The notes beneath the pieces were generated by a model that did not search any database, was not told the DNA's origin, and saw nothing but the letters and a program-made list of their open reading frames with translations. This document shows positions 42,301-44,761 of a stretch of 44,761 bases of DNA, one piece after another. The first letter of the stretch is position 1. Each line of letters starts with the position of its first letter. Both the position numbers and the translations under genes were made by a program. This DNA comes from a virus. The DNA is taken from the IMG/VR virus record IMGVR_UViG_3300045988_103633, positions 1 to 44,761 of that record, one strand, 5' to 3'.

Positions 42301-44761
42301 ACAAGTGGCACAGTTAGGCCAACAAGTGGATGGTCTACAAACACACCAAGTGTTCCACAAGGTCAATATTTGTGGACGAGAATCACATGGACTTATACCG
42401 ACAACACAACAGAACAAGGCTATATAGTAGCTAGACAAGGCGCTAATGGTAAAGATGGCGTGAGTGTTAAAACTATCACAACGACATATCAGGCAGGCAC
42501 AAGCGGAACGACACCGCCAACAGGTGCATGGCTACCGACACCGCCGACAGTTGCTGAAAATCAATTCTTATGGACGAAGATCGAAATCTCATTGGATGAT
42601 GGTACGAAAAGCACAGGTTATTCCGTTGGTAAAATGGGAGCGCAAGGACAGCCGGGAGAAAAAGGTGATCCAGGTGCGCCAGGAACACCAGGAAACGGCA
42701 TCAAATCATCATCCGTCACTTATCAAGTTTCAACAAGTGGAACAACTACGCCAACAGGCACATGGGTATCGACACCGCCGGCAGTGCCACAAGGTCAATA
42801 TTTGTGGACAAGAACAGTGCTGACGTTCGACAACGGACAAAGCGTGACCGCCTATGCAGTAAGCAAAGCCGGAATAGATGGCGAAAATGGATTGAATAAC
42901 GATAACATGGTTTTCAACAACCGTTTCGAGAAATTTAATGAATGGCCACAAAATTCGATGGGTTGGTACAAAACGCAATTCACACAGGCAACACAACCAG
43001 AAACAGACAAGCCAACAAATAATATTTTGAAAATTGGTGGCGATGCATCTAGCGGATCACGCTATACATTTTCGAGAAATATCGCAGTTGTTCCTGGTAC
43101 TACGATCGAATTATCGTTTGATGCAAAACTATCGAGATTATTCACGAATAAAAACATCGCTATCATTCGGATGTTTGATGCCGAACATGCGAATTCATCC
43201 AGCCAACCGGACACAGCGGGCGGAAACAGCTATATCAATCTATTTACAGATGGAACAGCAAATGCCGGCGCAGGTGTGACAGAATATGACGGAAAAAATA
43301 CACCGATCACAACCGCAAACACCTGGTATAGATACAAGGTTCGATTTTTAGTTCCAGATAACGTGGCGAATGTCAAAATGTTTTTCATCACGACCGATCC
43401 GAACGCATCATCATTCCTTTTTGTTCGTGATCCGCAAGGCGTGATCTACAAAGATTTAAACGCCAACACACGAAATTTTGCGCTTGATTCACGTTTTCCA
43501 AGTGCCAAAACAATCGGAGGAACTACGACACGAAGAAAGAACATTCAGCTTTCAAGACCGACAAAAGCAGGCGAAAAATATACAATTGCATTAGATTATT
43601 CATTGATTTCCGGAACGCTAACCAGTCAAATTCAAGTTGTTTTGGCAGATAAGAACGAAGCAGTAAAAGGAAAGGTTTTGCTTAATACGTCCGGCAACAA
43701 AAACAGACTAGTCGGAGAGATCACAGCAACCGGCGAAGCCGATCATTTGCAAATTTTCCACGGTGTGAATGGAGCAACAACAGAAGCCACAAATTACGAG
43801 TTTGAAAAGATCATGTTTAATTTGGGCGATAAAACATTCGACTATGAACAAGCGCCAGAAGATGGATTCAGCACAACGAACGTTTGGCCGAATAGTTCAT
43901 GGAACATTGGAAAAGGTTCGTGGGTATTCACAGATGATCAGTTCGAAATTTTAGAACCAGAAACAGACAAACCAGAATCATCGATCTTACATGGTAAGCC
44001 AACAAATATCAATTTCCAACAAGCCTACCAGATGCCACATCCAAGATTTGTGAATGCAGGGGATATCATACACGTTTCTTTTGATTACAAAGAAAAAAAC
44101 CGAACGAAAGATACTTTGCTTGCTATAATACGAATTTTTTCGGAAAAAGACACAGCTAACAGCGCAGCAAATGCATTGGCTGAAAAACCTATAAAACCAT
44201 CTGTTTTGGGTTGGAGTATGGCAAACAATACCGATTGGGTAAACGTGGACTACGTTTTCCGATCAACAGTTTCCGGGTGGCTCGAAATCTTGCCATACGA
44301 TGATGATGTAACCGGCAATCACGAGAGCTTTTATCGTGAAATATTCGTAACCAATGCAGGAAAGTTGCATGGCGAATGGAGTCCGGCACAAATTGACTTT
44401 GCAACGCAAATCGATGGCATTCCAAAAGTGTTCGTACAGGCAAACATGCCAACCGATCCAAGTATCAAAAATGGCGATCAATGGTGGGTACAGTCCGGAA
44501 ATAGAGTGACATCGATCAAGGTATATGGAAATGGTGCATGGCACGATCAAGCGATCGATCAAGCCGTTTTGAATATCGTGCAATTGAATGCCGTTAACAT
44601 CAACGGATCAGTCGTGAATGGTTCGCAGTTTATCAATACGTTTGACATTAAAGACAGCGATCATTCGAAAATGAAGGGTACGACTAAAATCCAAGATGGA
44701 TTCATAATGCAAGATGTGGAAAATATCGGTTTGGATGCTTCAGGAGCAGAAACAAAAAAAT
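39304..44761 (+). CDS. Giant tail fibre / receptor-binding protein, 5' part. Open to the window end, continues at 1..653, about 2003 aa in total.
   Basis: ATG 39304 comes 4 nt after the Tal stop. Frame 1 has no stop to 44761 by my manual translation. Contains duplicated modules, TPPTGxW...QxLWT repeats, Gly-X-Y runs and CBM-like modules. It is absent from the ORF track because it has no in-window stop. Confidence 0.85.
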   Translation, partial: MANLVSGSFKSTNVNDGADARLLILETSGNVIGFDAEGKAVPGQKVDIVAYIQNIEGSPIFTAIPYIGETAQTPITLKGSGNARYITGEEWNKDWNRLIVSVSLAGFTDSTTIAKVQDGSGKDGQNAIVGLLTNEAITLSADENGNIPDFSTATGEFQIYDGLAKVTEGVSFAISDQVGASGTINQNGVYNVTAMTADTATIEFKATYKGTEIVKKLSLAKSRKGQPGKNANLLYLSVSNNVIVFDANDVAFPNQRISIVAKLQNISGTATFKAIPYINATAQSEIALSGSGNDRYISGENWDKRWTSLSVTATIGGLSDQTTIYKISEVKGADGKNTIIGILTNESITISADANGNVPDFTKATGTFQIYDGIALVDPKNVTYAVQTQTGATTTIGTDGVYRVTAMSADTATVVFKATYGGVERTKQLSIAKSKAGQKGEAGNGIKSTKTQYQRSADGQTPPTGAWLDEIPVVSPGEFLWTRVTQTFDDDTTSVSYSVSKMGEDGENGKPSYIHTAWANVDTFPEFVKGARPNVHRKSELYSMLSNNSADYPNQGYWLTDTDGRLFFRTERTNLEKNPDKFSVYNGIGMDYNSNDPENSGSIDTNLVGKKVIVSGRWRGSRETELVFMSKVIVDGVTKALPKDKEKVKISTDWQTFSTVIDKVEEGTSVVRFLPSYNYPGNWETAEGFYLDQKDIKIEIVDEGESEEPTPWIPPITRKLFNPKNIFEGGNSRNPANFQGSNVEATKNVEVAEWGAKDASTFVITGGTHVTKGVMKVRLTNPPLQSDGKTFYRTNFHIRNNHETNTLIIALNGGTSVSVPPKAIGYFGTPTNQHVANSDLQFHFQVADPSMDINCTFWNPEFYAYDIEHGFTEKAPGSDGRIYLGTYTDSNEEASGNPADYDWAKVKGEDGVGLESTEIFYVGSTNGQTPPESGWQTTVPNVPQGQYMWTKIVWTYSDDSIKTAYSVGKIGANGTNGNDGLPGKDGVGIDDTLIEYAVSTSGTVRPTSGWSTNTPSVPQGQYLWTRITWTYTDNTTEQGYIVARQGANGKDGVSVKTITTTYQAGTSGTTPPTGAWLPTPPTVAENQFLWTKIEISLDDGTKSTGYSVGKMGAQGQPGEKGDPGAPGTPGNGIKSSSVTYQVSTSGTTTPTGTWVSTPPAVPQGQYLWTRTVLTFDNGQSVTAYAVSKAGIDGENGLNNDNMVFNNRFEKFNEWPQNSMGWYKTQFTQATQPETDKPTNNILKIGGDASSGSRYTFSRNIAVVPGTTIELSFDAKLSRLFTNKNIAIIRMFDAEHANSSSQPDTAGGNSYINLFTDGTANAGAGVTEYDGKNTPITTANTWYRYKVRFLVPDNVANVKMFFITTDPNASSFLFVRDPQGVIYKDLNANTRNFALDSRFPSAKTIGGTTTRRKNIQLSRPTKAGEKYTIALDYSLISGTLTSQIQVVLADKNEAVKGKVLLNTSGNKNRLVGEITATGEADHLQIFHGVNGATTEATNYEFEKIMFNLGDKTFDYEQAPEDGFSTTNVWPNSSWNIGKGSWVFTDDQFEILEPETDKPESSILHGKPTNINFQQAYQMPHPRFVNAGDIIHVSFDYKEKNRTKDTLLAIIRIFSEKDTANSAANALAEKPIKPSVLGWSMANNTDWVNVDYVFRSTVSGWLEILPYDDDVTGNHESFYREIFVTNAGKLHGEWSPAQIDFATQIDGIPKVFVQANMPTDPSIKNGDQWWVQSGNRVTSIKVYGNGAWHDQAIDQAVLNIVQLNAVNINGSVVNGSQFINTFDIKDSDHSKMKGTTKIQDGFIMQDVENIGLDASGAETKK
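39367..40632 (+). repeat. Tandem duplication of a 633-bp (211-aa) module at the fibre N-terminus
   Basis: Unit A (39367-39999) and unit B (40000-40632) align colinearly: FDAEGKAVPGQKVDIVAYIQNIEGSPIFTAIPYIGETAQ... versus FDANDVAFPNQRISIVAKLQNISGTATFKAIPYINATAQ..., and both end ...VYxVTAMxADTATxxFKATYxGxExxKxLSxAKSxxGQ. Confidence 0.85.
42043..42893 (+). repeat. Four tandem ~65-70-aa repeats (Y..S..G.TPP.G W....P.V.QGQYLWT....Y.D......Y.V.K.G) separated by collagen-like Gly-X-Y runs. A fifth, isolated copy lies at about 40639-40836.
   Basis: Read from my translation. Gly-X-Y runs are at 42214-42267 (6 triplets) and 42637-42699 (7 triplets). Confidence 0.85.
44663..44761. repeat. Terminal direct repeat, copy 2 (identical to 1..99)
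   Basis: Direct comparison with bases 1-99. Confidence 0.95.

Noticed and set aside
40037-43954. Seven frame-2 ORFs (61-119 aa) listed in the track within the fibre region
   Set aside because: All lie inside the uninterrupted frame-1 fibre ORF. They are Q/R/H-rich shadow translations.

Overview
The window is an apparently complete siphovirus-type dsDNA phage genome. It has 44,662 unique bp, and a 99-bp overlap (1..99 = 44663..44761) closes the circle. Gene content suggests a low-GC Gram-positive host: LC3-type holin, RecU, DUF1351, ERF and a streptococcal/lactococcal-style fibre repeat.

Every phage gene is on the + strand, in this order:
- end of a giant tail fibre gene (1..653)
- lysis cassette: two membrane proteins, holin, Amidase_2 endolysin
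- early/replication module: three look-alike extended -10 promoters, two small HTH regulators, ERF annealase, DUF1351, HNH nuclease, replisome organizer with in-gene iterons, DnaC-like loader, RecU, and about 25 small ORFs
- a structured 270-bp leader
- late genes: ParB-like protein, TerS, TerL, portal, Mu-F/SPP1 gp7-like protein, S78 protease-scaffold fusion, decoration-like protein, major capsid, connectors, major tail protein, tail chaperone with a T_TTT_TTA -1 frameshift, a 2110-aa tape measure with two peptidoglycan hydrolase domains, Dit and Tal
- a roughly 2003-aa fibre gene (39304..end) that wraps through the junction and is therefore missing from the ORF track

I see no integrase, CI-type repressor, tRNA or CRISPR array.

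The accessory or unusual content is:
1. A tnpB-only IS200/IS605-family element (about 9292..10800) with matching LE/RE hairpins. A divergent 50-aa ribbon-helix-helix gene sits where tnpA would normally be.
2. Eight dispersed copies of a 16-bp palindrome, TGTTNCA-YR-TGNAACA. Five of them lie at module boundaries, next to promoters or ribosome binding sites.
3. Two structured non-coding islands, a late leader and a candidate sRNA.
4. A low-GC cassette inserted in the fibre gene.

Functional calls rest on motifs read by eye from the translations and on synteny. No database search was run.
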